NCBI GenBank assembly: GCA_963555825.3
Contig: CAUVXB020000002.1
Span: 2,144,001-2,208,000, forward strand
Origin: Alphaproteobacteria bacterium
GTDB taxonomy: Bacteria > Pseudomonadota > Alphaproteobacteria > JAAXGF01
Reading direction: 5' to 3'
Length of the DNA stretch: 64,000 bases
Both the position numbers and the translations under genes were made by a program. The stretch's first letter is position 1, and each line of letters opens with the position of its first letter. Positions 31,942 to 41,327 of the stretch are shown here, piece after piece. The notes under the pieces were generated by a model that was given only the letters and a program-made list of their open reading frames with translations, did not search any database and was not told the DNA's origin.

Positions 31942-32645
31942 GCCACGCGGCGCCAGCGGCCGGCGACGCGATCGACGTCGCCGCCCGGCTCGCCGATGTC
32001 GAGGCGCGCATCGCCGAGGCCGCCCGGGACGCTGGCCGCGCGGCGCAAGACATCACGCTGGTCGCCATCGCCAAGATGCATGTCGATGCGCGTATCGTGC
32101 CGGCGCTCGAGGCAGGCCACCGCGTGTTCGGCGAGAACCGCGTGCAGGAGGCCGAGGCCAAGTGGCCGGCGCTGAAGGCGCGCTACCCGGACGTCGCGCT
32201 GCATTTGGTCGGCCCGCTGCAGACCAACAAGACGCGAAACGCCATAGCATTGTTCGACGTCATCGAGACCGTCGACCGACCCAAGCTGGCGCGCAGGTTG
32301 GCCGGGGAGATGGACCGCGCCGGCAAGCGCCCGTCCTGTTTCATCGAGGTCAACACCGGCGAGGAAGCGCAGAAGGCAGGCGTCCTGCCGGCCGACGCCG
32401 ACGCCTTCGTCGCGCTTTGTCGTGATGAGCTCGACCTGCCGATCGTCGGCCTGATGTGCATTCCGCCGTTCGACGACGAACCCTCGCTGCACTTCGCGCT
32501 GTTGGCCGACATCGCCGCGCGCAACGGGCTCGACCAGATCAGCATGGGCATGACCGCGGATTTCGACGTCGCGGTGCGCTTCGGCGCGACCCATGTGCGC
32601 GTCGGCACGGCGATCTTCGGCCAACGCCCGCCGCGCGGTGTCTAG
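31938..32645 (+). CDS. yggS: PLP homeostasis protein, YggS family
   Basis: [36 protein letters not shown]. Confidence 0.92.
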   Translation: MSHAAPAAGDAIDVAARLADVEARIAEAARDAGRAAQDITLVAIAKMHVDARIVPALEAGHRVFGENRVQEAEAKWPALKARYPDVALHLVGPLQTNKTRNAIALFDVIETVDRPKLARRLAGEMDRAGKRPSCFIEVNTGEEAQKAGVLPADADAFVALCRDELDLPIVGLMCIPPFDDEPSLHFALLADIAARNGLDQISMGMTADFDVAVRFGATHVRVGTAIFGQRPPRGV

Positions 32646-32709
32646 GGCGGCGTCGGGACGCGAAGCATAGCCGGGCCCGGTTCACCGGTCGCACCGCGCC
32701 CGGCGCGAC

Positions 32710-32770
32710 GTCCGCTAACCGCTCGAAACCGGACCTCCAAGCCGCTATTGCTCAATGTCTGGTTCTGACC
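32710..32770. repeat. REP-like double hairpin, left (second hairpin completed at 34461-34472 after IS1182)
   Basis: GTCCG-N15-CGGAC (32710-32734), about 19-nt spacer, then TGTCTG-gttctGACCcttaa-CAGACA when reconstructed. Confidence 0.75.
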
Positions 32771-34456
32771 CAGCCTGTGTAAAAACGTCGATGGTGTTAT
32801 GATTCTCTCGTGCTTTGGCGGGAGGGTCTGATGAAGCGTTTTGTCGAGGGTGTCGATCGCAGCCAGGGCACGTTGTTTCCGGAGCGCCTGGAAGACTGGA
32901 TCGGCGACGACAACCCGGTTCGGGCGATCGACGTCTTCGTCGATGAGCTCGATCTTGGCGGCCTCGGGTTCGACCGGGTCGAGCCGCTGGCGACCGGCAG
33001 GCCGGCCTATCATCCTTGCGATTTGTTGAAGCTCTACATCTACGGCTATCTCAACCGGGTTCAGTCGAGCCGTCGGCTCGAGAGGGAGGCCGGGCGCAAT
33101 GTGGAAGTGATGTGGCTGGTCGGCCGGCTGGCGCCGGATCACAAGACGATCGCCGACTTCGGCCAAGGACAATGGTTCTGCGATCCGCCAGGTCTGTGCC
33201 CAGTTCATCGCCCTGTGCCGCCAACTGGGGCTGTTTGCCGAGGCGAGCGTGGCGATCGATGGCGCCAAGTTCAAGGCGGTCAACAGCCGGGACAGGAACT
33301 TCACGCGGGCCAAGATGGCGCGGCGGGTGGCGCAGATCGAGGAGAGCGTTGCGCGCTATCTGCAGCAACTCGACAGCGCCGACCGGCAAGAGCCGTCGCT
33401 GGCGCGCACGACCAAGACGACTCGTCTGGCCGACAAGATTGCGATCCTCAAGCAGGAGATGCGGCGCCTGAAGGCGCTTGAAGTCGAGCGGCGTGCGAGC
33501 CCGGACCAGCAGATCTCTCTGAGCGATCCCGATGCCCGCTCGATGGCGACGAGCGGCCGGGGTTCCGGCGTGGTGGGCTACAACGTTCAGGCCGCCGTCG
33601 ACACCAAGCATCACCTGATCGTTGCCCACGAGGTGACCAATCAGGGCACTGACCGCGCCCAGCTCTCAGCCATGGCGAAGCGGACCAAGGCGGCTCTGGA
33701 GACCGACGAGTTGGATGTCGTTGCCGATCGCGGCTACTACAACGGCAAGGAGATTCTGGCCTGCGATCAGGCCGGCATCACCGTCACGTTGCCTAAGCCG
33801 CTGACCTCTGGAGCCAAGGCCAAGGGCCGCTTCGGCAAACAGGACTTCGTCTATCTGGCCGCCGACGATGTCTATCGCTGCCCGGCCGGCGAGCGTTTGG
33901 TCTACCGCTTCACCAGCCAGGAGAGGGGGCTGAGCATGCGGCGCTACTGGACCAACGCCTGTCAGGGATGCGCCATCAAGCATCGCTGCACCACGGCCAA
34001 GCAGCGCCGCATCACCCGTTGGCAGCACGAACACATTCTCGAGGCCGTCGAGAGGCGGCTCGACGAGCACCCGGAGGCGATGCGTCGGCGGCGCGAGACG
34101 GCCGAGCATCCCTTCGGCACCCTCAAGGCCTGGATGGGCGCGACGCACTTCCAGATGAAGACGCTGAAGCGGGTGAGGACCGAGATGGCCTTGCACGTGC
34201 TGGCCTACAATCTCAAGCGCGTCATGAACATCATGGGCATCGACCCGCTGATCGCGGCGATCAGGACGGCATAGGCGCCCCTGCGCCGACAATTACGCCC
34301 ATACCCGGCCACATCGCGGCTCACAACGGCGCCAGCCGGCCGAAAAGCCCGCACGAGCGGCGAAAATCCATAATCCCGGAAAACACGTCCCGACTGATCA
34401 TCCAAACCCAAAGACGCGCCACACAGAAATAGCAGCAAACGTTCTCACACAGGCTG
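32771..34456 (+). mobile_element. IS1182-family element
   Basis: TIRs CAGCCTGTGTAAAAACGT / ACGTTCTCACACAGGCTG with a 4-bp duplication GACC. Confidence 0.92.
32831..34274 (+). pseudogene. IS1182 transposase, frameshifted near 33160
   Basis: GRPAYHP..LLKLYIYGY..PDHKTIADF, then in another frame AIDGAKFKA, ADRGY, EHPFGTLK. Confidence 0.88.
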
Positions 34457-34618
34457 GACCCTTAACAGACACGTTGCGGTGTGTGGGATATGACAAAACT
34501 TGCGGACCATGTGGCGTGGCCAACCCGTCCTCGGCCACGCGTAGCCCGGTTTGGGTGGAACGGTACGATCAAGCCTGCGCGAGACGTGGAGCATTCCGCT
34601 GCAAACTCGAAGCATTAG

Positions 34619-34771
34619 CTAACCATTCGTCATGATTTGAACGAATTGGTGGCAGAATTCTACTGCCTTCTCGAGTCTGAGCGTTTGCCAGATGTTCACT
34701 CCGATCAGAACTATGATCATCACAAAGAGCGCGATCTCAATATGTTTGTGAGGCATCGTCGTTTGAGCCAT
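34619..34771 (-). CDS. Small (50 aa) single-transmembrane orphan protein
   Basis: MAQTTMPHKHIEIALFVMIIVLIGVNIWQTLRLEKAVEFCHQFVQIMTNG, with a GGGGAAG RBS. Not in the ORF track (too short). Confidence 0.55.
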   Translation of the reverse strand: MAQTTMPHKHIEIALFVMIIVLIGVNIWQTLRLEKAVEFCHQFVQIMTNG

Positions 34772-34989
34772 TGATCTTCCCCCATTTGACCAAGATGTTC
34801 ACGATGAATTGCTGAGAAAGCCAACTCCATTGAACAATCATCCCACTGAGCGGGCCATGTATGCTAGCGATAGCATCTCAGTACACGTCTGAGAAAACGA
34901 AGAGCCCGTGACCCTACCCGAGTTGGGCAGGAATAATCCAGCTTCTCGCTCCCGCTCGAATGTCTTGTGTGGATGGCTCCCGCGTTGCA

Positions 34990-35228
34990 AGGACTTTTTT
35001 CGGCGTAGCGACCTAGTCAGGTACAGTCTTGTGTCCGGCCTGTTGATGCGGTTTTGTTGAACCGCTGGCCCTGATGGTATCCGTGGATCGGGTCCCTATC
35101 TGCTTAGCGGGCTCGAACACCCAGGACATTGGTCGGGTTGTCCCGATCCCCGGTCTGACCGGTTCGCCATCACGTCTCGTCGTCCTTGCAATCGTCGAAA
35201 GGCGTTGTGCCTTCGAGCGATCAATTGG
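34990..35228 (-). ncRNA. Predicted bridge/seek RNA of IS1111 element 2 (ends approximate)
   Basis: Target guides at 35125-35130 and 35100-35106 and donor guides at 35073-35077 and 35028-35034, each pair flanking a hairpin. Confidence 0.8.
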
Positions 35229-36263
35229 TCATGCGGTCTCCTCAGTTGCGGGTCGGTGAGCGCGGTAGGCCTCGCCACGGGTCATGATGACCCAGGCGAT
35301 CCGCGCGGCCTTGTTGGCCATGGCCACGGCGACCAGCTTGTTGGGCTTGCTTACCAGCAAGTTGGTGATCCAGGGGTGAACCTCGGGCTTGCGCCGTGCC
35401 GATTGAAGCTGTGATGTCATGCCGATCACCAGCAGACGGCGAAGATAGCGGTCCGCCATCTTGGAGATGCGTCCCATGCGATCCTTGCCGGCGCTGGAAT
35501 CGGCCTTGGGCGTTAGCCCGAGCGAGGCGGCAAACTGGCGAGCCGATGTGAACCGGTGCGGATCGGTGACCGAGGCCGCCAGCGCCGAGGCGGTGATGTA
35601 ACCAATCCCCGGAATGGTCGCGAGCCGTTTGGCCAGGTCGTTGCCGCGGAACCAGGTCTTGATCTCGCCCTCGATCATGGCGACCCGGGCTTGCAACTCG
35701 CGGATCTGCTCGGCCAGGGCAATGACGATCTTGCATGCCAGCGGGGGAATGTCCGGCACCACTCCTTCGACAAGCTGATCGACGAGCCTCAGCGCGTGAT
35801 GAATGCCTTTGGCCAGCACGATGCCCAACTCGGCCAGCTGGGACCGGATCATGTTGACCAGCTGGGTGCGCTGGCCGACCGGCAGATCCCGTGTTCGGTG
35901 GAGCGCCAGGACCGATTGCTGCTCGGCCGACTCGATCGCGACGAACCGCATCGTGGGGCGCGTCACCGCCTCGCAGATCGCCTCCGCATCGGCGGCGTCG
36001 GTCTTGCCGCGCTTGACGTATGGTTTGACGTAGATCGGTGGCATCAATTTCACCTCGTGCCCCAATGCCTGGAGCTCGCGGGACCAGAAGTGGCTCGTGC
36101 CGCACGCCTCGATACCGATCAGACACGGTTCCAGCTTGCCGAAGAACGGCATCATCTGGCGCCGGCGCAACGATCGGCGGACGATGACCTTGCCGGTGCT
36201 GTCAATGCCGTGGACTTGGAAAACGTTCTTGGCCAGATCGAGGCCGACAGTGGTAACTTTCAT
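35229..36263 (-). CDS. IS110-family recombinase/transposase
   Basis: GLDLAK, GIEAC, KTDAAD (DEDD), SSAGK and ISKM. Confidence 0.93.
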   Translation of the reverse strand: MKVTTVGLDLAKNVFQVHGIDSTGKVIVRRSLRRRQMMPFFGKLEPCLIGIEACGTSHFWSRELQALGHEVKLMPPIYVKPYVKRGKTDAADAEAICEAVTRPTMRFVAIESAEQQSVLALHRTRDLPVGQRTQLVNMIRSQLAELGIVLAKGIHHALRLVDQLVEGVVPDIPPLACKIVIALAEQIRELQARVAMIEGEIKTWFRGNDLAKRLATIPGIGYITASALAASVTDPHRFTSARQFAASLGLTPKADSSAGKDRMGRISKMADRYLRRLLVIGMTSQLQSARRKPEVHPWITNLLVSKPNKLVAVAMANKAARIAWVIMTRGEAYRAHRPATEETA

Positions 36264-36358
36264 GGCGGATAGCTCCTCTTGCTCGTGGTTGATAACAACC
36301 ACCACTTTGGCATCTCGGTGCCGGGAGCGGGAGCCATCCACCCCATCTGCTTATGGCC

Positions 36359-36519
36359 GAGGCTGTTGAAAAAGTCCCGAAACATCCATTTTGAGCCTGA
36401 ATTGGCCAATTCTCCGAAATCGGTGTTTTCCTAAGTCTTTGATTTCATTGAACTCGAATTCTCATTGGTTCCGGGAAATTGGCGAGTTTGGTTCCGCTAC
36501 CGACTTTTTCAACAGCCTC
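36359..36519. mobile_element. 161-bp MITE with IS5/IS1182-like ends
   Basis: Perfect 18-bp TIR GAGGCTGTTGAAAAAGTC. Flanks GGCC / GGCT. Confidence 0.8.
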
Positions 36520-36580
36520 GGCTATAAGCTGACGTTACGACGGATTGATCAGCATGTCCGGTTCCTGCTCGTAAGCGGAC
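36520..36580. repeat. REP-like double hairpin, right
   Basis: Right arm ATAAGCTGACGTT of the reconstructed hairpin AATGTCTGCTTAT-ggct-ATAAGCTGACGTT, then GTCCG-N15-CGGAC (36556-36580). Confidence 0.75.
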
Positions 36581-36586
36581 CCGGCG

Positions 36587-37099
36587 TCAGCCGTCGCCGT
36601 CCTCCGCCGAGATACAAATCCGGGTGGTTTCGTCGCACTCGGCCAGGATGGCCAGCAGGTCCTCTCGCGCGACGGTGACGCAGCCCTCGGTCGGGCCAAA
36701 GTCGGGCCGCGCGACGTGGAGGAAGATGGCGCTGCCCGCGCCGGGCACCACAGGATCGCCGTTGTGGGCCAGCGCCACGACCACGTCGTAGAGCGCATCG
36801 TCGCGCCACAGGGTCTCGGTGCCGGCGGCGTGAGCGCTGCGGACCAGCGTGTTGTACGCGACATCGGCCGGGTCGTCGCACCAGGCGTCCGCCGGGTCGG
36901 TAGCGCTCACCGGCAGGGCCGTTTCGGGCGGCGCACCGCGGTCGGGGCGGTAATAGACGCGGCGCAGCGCGAAGCAGCCGGCCGGCGTCGCGCCGTCGCC
37001 CTCGCGCTTGACGTCGGTCACGCCGGCGCGGCCGAGCGCGCAGCGCAGGCGCCGGCCGCGCCATTCCAGCGTGCCGTCGGCGCTCACCCGGATGTCCAT
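36587..37099 (-). CDS. L,D-transpeptidase family protein
   Basis: CALGR, KREGDGATP, GSAIFLH, PTEGCV. Confidence 0.88.
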   Translation of the reverse strand: MDIRVSADGTLEWRGRRLRCALGRAGVTDVKREGDGATPAGCFALRRVYYRPDRGAPPETALPVSATDPADAWCDDPADVAYNTLVRSAHAAGTETLWRDDALYDVVVALAHNGDPVVPGAGSAIFLHVARPDFGPTEGCVTVAREDLLAILAECDETTRICISAEDGDG

Positions 37100-37240
37100 G
37101 GCGCACGTCCCTCTCTGCCCGCCCGCCACCATCGGCGCGTGGCGGCGGCTGTCAAGTCCGCCGCGCGCGCCGCGCCATTCTATTCTGGCTGACCGACCCT
37201 ATATAACTGGGGTATAGACAGCGGGACCAGTGAGGGAGAC

Positions 37241-37960
37241 GTGACTGCAATGGTGTCGAGGGACCGATCGCCGACCATCGGCAAGCGCATTCTGATCGTC
37301 GACGATGACGATGCGTTGCGTCAATCGCTCGCCGAACAGCTCGAGCTGCACGAGGAATTCGAGATCGGCGTGGCGGCGACCGGCGGCGACGCGCTCCAGG
37401 CGGTCAAGTCGCTGCGCTACGACATCGTGCTGCTCGACGTCGGCCTGCCCGACATCGACGGCCGCGAGCTGTGCAAGGTGATGCGCCGGGGCGGCCACAA
37501 GATGCCGATCATCATGCTGACCGCCGCCGACACCGATTCGGACACCATCTTGGGCCTCGAATCGGGCGCCAACGATTACGTCGCCAAGCCGTTCCGGCTC
37601 GGCGTCCTGCTCGCCCGCATGCGCGCCCAGCTGCGCCAGCACGAGCGGAGCGAGGACGCGGTTTTCTCGATCGGCCCCTACACCTTCCGGCCGAGCGCCA
37701 AGCTGCTCGTCGAGCCCGACAGCAACCGCAAGATCCGTCTGACCGAGAAGGAGACGGCGATCCTCAAATATCTCTACCGCGCGGGCGACAAGGTGGTCGC
37801 GCGCGAGGTGCTGCTCGACGAGGTCTGGGGCTACAACGCCGGCGTCGCGACCCATACGCTCGAGACACATATCTACCGGCTGCGCCAGAAGATCGAGCGC
37901 GACCCGAGCGACGCCGTCCTGCTGCTCACCGAACCCGGCGGCTACCGCCTGGCGCCTTGA
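37241..37960 (+). CDS. OmpR-family response regulator
   Basis: ILIVDDD, LLDVGLPD, DYVAKPF and winged helix LETHIYRLRQK. Confidence 0.93.
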   Translation: MTAMVSRDRSPTIGKRILIVDDDDALRQSLAEQLELHEEFEIGVAATGGDALQAVKSLRYDIVLLDVGLPDIDGRELCKVMRRGGHKMPIIMLTAADTDSDTILGLESGANDYVAKPFRLGVLLARMRAQLRQHERSEDAVFSIGPYTFRPSAKLLVEPDSNRKIRLTEKETAILKYLYRAGDKVVAREVLLDEVWGYNAGVATHTLETHIYRLRQKIERDPSDAVLLLTEPGGYRLAP

Positions 37961-37995
37961 GCCGCCACAAAACAACTCAAAAACACTTAATAAAT

Positions 37996-38179
37996 AGGGT
38001 CAGACACTATTTAATGCTTTGAATATAAACGATTCGTCACATGTTGGGACGCGCGTTCCCGATCCCACAGCCAGCGCCGAGGCCGAACCCGTGTCCGATC
38101 ACGCCGCCGTCTGGTGGGTGCCGATGCGAAAGCCACGGTTTTCTTTGTAATATCAAATATATAAATGGTGTCTGACCCC
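37996..38179. repeat. Inverted GGGTCAGACAC pair (REP/MITE-like) between convergent genes
   Basis: GGGTCAGACACTATTTA ... TAAATGGTGTCTGACCCC. Related pair at 48524-48603. Confidence 0.7.
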
Positions 38180-38243
38180 GATAGTAAGAGCGTCAGACGC
38201 CGTTTTGGGGTTGTCGTGGTCGGCGGCGCGGGCGGGCGGGTCG

Positions 38244-39506
38244 TCAGCACGCGCCAGCCGCGTCGCGGTCGATGCGTCTTAGCCGGCGGCCGATGTCGAG
38301 TGCGCCGAGTGCCGCGAGCGCCGTCACGGCGCCGAACAACGGCCATGAAAAGCGCCAGTCGCCGGCCATGACGACGGCCTGGGCGAGCAATACGGGGCCG
38401 ATCAAGATGCCGATGTTGCGCCCGGTCATGATAACGGCGAAGGAACTGGCGGCGCGGTTGGCGCCCATGACGGCGTTCGGCATGGCGAACAGGCAGGCCG
38501 GCGTGACGCCCGAGGTGACGCCGTAGAGAATGAGCGCCAGCGCGCCGAGCGCACCGCCGCCGAGCGCCGGCACGGCGAGCCAGATGACGACCTGGATGGC
38601 GATCGAACCGGCGAACAGCGGGATCAGGGGCACGCCGGCGCGCAACAGTGCGCCGGTAACGACGTTGAACACGATCACCATGGCGGCCGGCGGGACATAG
38701 GCGAGCGCGGCGCTGCCCGGGCTGAAGCCGTGCACCTCGACGAGAAACTGCGGCAGCCAGGTCATGAAGGCGATGTACTGGCCCGACCACAGCCCGAAGA
38801 CCGCGCCGACGACGACCAGGGCACCGCGCTGCGCGGATGTCGCCGTCGCTGCCCGGCCGTCACTGCCGCGTCGTGTCTCGAGCCGCGCCACGCCGGCCAC
38901 CTTGAGGCGCCACCCCCACAACGCAAGCGCAACGGTGAGCCCGACACCGATCCACCACAGAGGCTGCCACAGCCCGCGATCGATGACCGGCAGCGCGAAC
39001 AGGGTGGCGCTGATCTGGCCGATCGGAATCCACGCAGCCGTCATGCCGACGACGAGCGGCAACTGCATCCGGCTGGCGTTGATGTTGGCGAGCAGCGGCC
39101 CGGCGATCGCGCAGACCGTGAAACCGACGCCCTCGAGGCCGCGCGCGAGCAGCATCAGCCAGCCATTCTCGGGCAGCGCCAGCGCCAACGCCTCGCCGGC
39201 GAGGAAGGCGCCGAAGGCGAGCGTCAGATAGGGCACCAGGCCGTGCCGTTCGAGACCCCTGCCGACGCGCAGCGAGAGCGTCAGCCCGGCGAGCGCGAAG
39301 ACCGACATGAAGCCGCCGGCGAGCACCCGATCGTAGCCGTAGGTCTCGAGCATCACCGGCAGGGCCGGCGGCAGCTTGTACTGGTGATAGGCGGCGAGCG
39401 CCGCCAGCGCGAGGCCGAAAGCGACCCCGGACCAGCAGGTCTGCGTCTGGACGGGCGCGTCGGTGGCGCCTGCGGCGGCCGGCCCGCCGCGGGTTTTCCC
39501 TTTCAC
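38244..39506 (-). CDS. MFS transporter
   Basis: About 12 hydrophobic segments and an RGLEGVG motif. Confidence 0.85.
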   Translation of the reverse strand: MKGKTRGGPAAAGATDAPVQTQTCWSGVAFGLALAALAAYHQYKLPPALPVMLETYGYDRVLAGGFMSVFALAGLTLSLRVGRGLERHGLVPYLTLAFGAFLAGEALALALPENGWLMLLARGLEGVGFTVCAIAGPLLANINASRMQLPLVVGMTAAWIPIGQISATLFALPVIDRGLWQPLWWIGVGLTVALALWGWRLKVAGVARLETRRGSDGRAATATSAQRGALVVVGAVFGLWSGQYIAFMTWLPQFLVEVHGFSPGSAALAYVPPAAMVIVFNVVTGALLRAGVPLIPLFAGSIAIQVVIWLAVPALGGGALGALALILYGVTSGVTPACLFAMPNAVMGANRAASSFAVIMTGRNIGILIGPVLLAQAVVMAGDWRFSWPLFGAVTALAALGALDIGRRLRRIDRDAAGAC

Positions 39507-39572
39507 GACAACGTCCTCTGAGGCATGCTAGACAGCCAATGGTAACCATTTGCTGGACGTTGGAGAACATCC

Positions 39573-40406
39573 TTGGCGTCTGACGACGACTTTTATGTCT
39601 GTTTTCGCGGCGTGCGCGGCTCGATTCCCTGTCCGGGCGCCAGGACGGCGCGCTATGGCGGCAACACGTCCTGCCTCGAGATCCGCTGCGGCGGCGACCT
39701 CTTGATCCTCGACGGCGGCACCGGCATTCGCCCGCTCGGCATGGCGGTGGCGGACGAAGGTCCGCTCGACGCCAACGTCTTCTTCACCCATACCCACCTC
39801 GACCACATCTGCGGCTGGCCCTATTTCACCAGCCTGCTCGACCCCGACAATTCGCTCACGGTGTGGGCCGGCCACCTGCTGCCCAACCACACCATCGGCG
39901 GCGTGCTCAACGGTCTGTTGACCGAGCCCTTCGCGCCGGTCAACGTCGATCGGGTGCGCGCGCGCGTGAACTACCGCGACTTCAAGGCGGGCGAGACGCT
40001 CGAGCCGCGCGCCGGCGTGGCCGTGCGCACCGCGCCGCTCAACCACCCGCAGGGCGCGACCGCCTACCGCGTCGAGTTCGGCGGCAAGTCGATCTGCTAT
40101 CTGACCGATACCGAACACGTACCCGGCGCGCCCGACGAGAACATCCTCGGCCTGATCGACGGCGCCGACGTGGTGATCTACGATTCGACCTACACCGACG
40201 AGGAATTCCCGGCGCATGTCAACTGGGGTCATTCGACCTGGCAGGAAGGCGTGCGCCTGTGCGACGCGGCGGGCGCCAAGACCTTCGTCGTGTTCCACCA
40301 CGATCCCGACCACGACGACGAATTCATGGACCGGGTCGCCGCCGAGGTCGAAAAAATGCGCCCGGGCTCGGTGGTGGCGCGGGAGGGCACGACGCTCAGG
40401 CCGTGA
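39573..40406 (+). CDS. MBL-fold metallo-hydrolase (possible phosphodiesterase)
   Basis: GVRGSIP, YGGNTSC, THTHLDH, WGHS, FHHDP. Confidence 0.88.
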   Translation: MASDDDFYVCFRGVRGSIPCPGARTARYGGNTSCLEIRCGGDLLILDGGTGIRPLGMAVADEGPLDANVFFTHTHLDHICGWPYFTSLLDPDNSLTVWAGHLLPNHTIGGVLNGLLTEPFAPVNVDRVRARVNYRDFKAGETLEPRAGVAVRTAPLNHPQGATAYRVEFGGKSICYLTDTEHVPGAPDENILGLIDGADVVIYDSTYTDEEFPAHVNWGHSTWQEGVRLCDAAGAKTFVVFHHDPDHDDEFMDRVAAEVEKMRPGSVVAREGTTLRP

Positions 40407-41275
40407 GCGCGCGGTGCCTGCGATTCGGCCTCGCCACCGTGCTCGGTCTCGCCAAGCGCGGCTTCTTCATCCCCTACCGTTATGCCGACACCCTGCCACC
40501 GCCCGGCGCGCGACCCTCCTATCGCGCCATGGAAGCGTTGTTCGATGCGCATCGGGCCGAATTCGTGGCGCTGATCGACGGCCTCGACGGTTACGCGGAC
40601 GCCTTCGCCGCGATCGGCCCCGATGACCCACCGGCGCCACGCTGGAACCAGGACTGGTTCCCGCGCCTCGACGCTGCCGTCGCCTATGCACTGGTGCGAC
40701 GAGGCGCGCCGGCGCGCATCGTCGAGGTCGGCTCGGGCCATTCGACGCGCTTCATGGCCCGCGCGGTCGCCGACGGCGGCCTGGCGACGCGCATCACGGC
40801 GATCGACCCGGCGCCGCGCGCCGCACTCGAAGGCCTCGACGTCGAAATCCACCGTCAGCCAGTGCACCAAGCCGGTGCCGCGCCGTTCGCCGCGCTCGCG
40901 GCCGGCGATGTATTGTTCATCGATTCGAGCCACATCCTGATGCCCGGCAGCGACGTCGACTGGCTGTTCAACCATCTGCTGCCGACGCTGCCGGCGGGGC
41001 TGCGCGTTCACATCCACGACGTCTTCCTGCCCGACGACTACCCGGCCGGCTGGGATTGGCGCGGCTACAACGAACAGCTCGGCGTCGCCGCCATGCTGCT
41101 GGCAGGCGGCTACCGGCCGCTGTTCGCAAGCCATTACGCGACGACCCGCCTGGCCGCGGCGTTGGCCGAAAGCGCCGTCGCGCGGCTGCCGCTCGGCGCC
41201 GGCGCGTACGAGACGAGCCTGTGGCTCGAAAAGACCTGCCCGGCGGTCGGCTCACGCGCAGTTGAGGGGAATTGA
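40403..41275 (+). CDS. Class I SAM-dependent methyltransferase
   Basis: GTG start overlapping the upstream stop. IVEVGSGHST, LFIDSSH, HIHDVFLP. Confidence 0.85.
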   Translation: MSARCLRFGLATVLGLAKRGFFIPYRYADTLPPPGARPSYRAMEALFDAHRAEFVALIDGLDGYADAFAAIGPDDPPAPRWNQDWFPRLDAAVAYALVRRGAPARIVEVGSGHSTRFMARAVADGGLATRITAIDPAPRAALEGLDVEIHRQPVHQAGAAPFAALAAGDVLFIDSSHILMPGSDVDWLFNHLLPTLPAGLRVHIHDVFLPDDYPAGWDWRGYNEQLGVAAMLLAGGYRPLFASHYATTRLAAALAESAVARLPLGAGAYETSLWLEKTCPAVGSRAVEGN

Positions 41276-41327
41276 TTGGAACCGTGGCCTATATAGGCAG
41301 CGAAACGACGATGAGAGGTCGACGCTC

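Larger units (their letters stand above)
34966..36348 (-). mobile_element. IS110 family, IS1111-type element 2
   Basis: Core CT at 34964-34965 and 36347-36348. Perfect 15-bp subterminal IR GTGGATGGCTCCCGC (34969-34983 / 36327-36341). Long 3' non-coding region. Confidence 0.93.
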
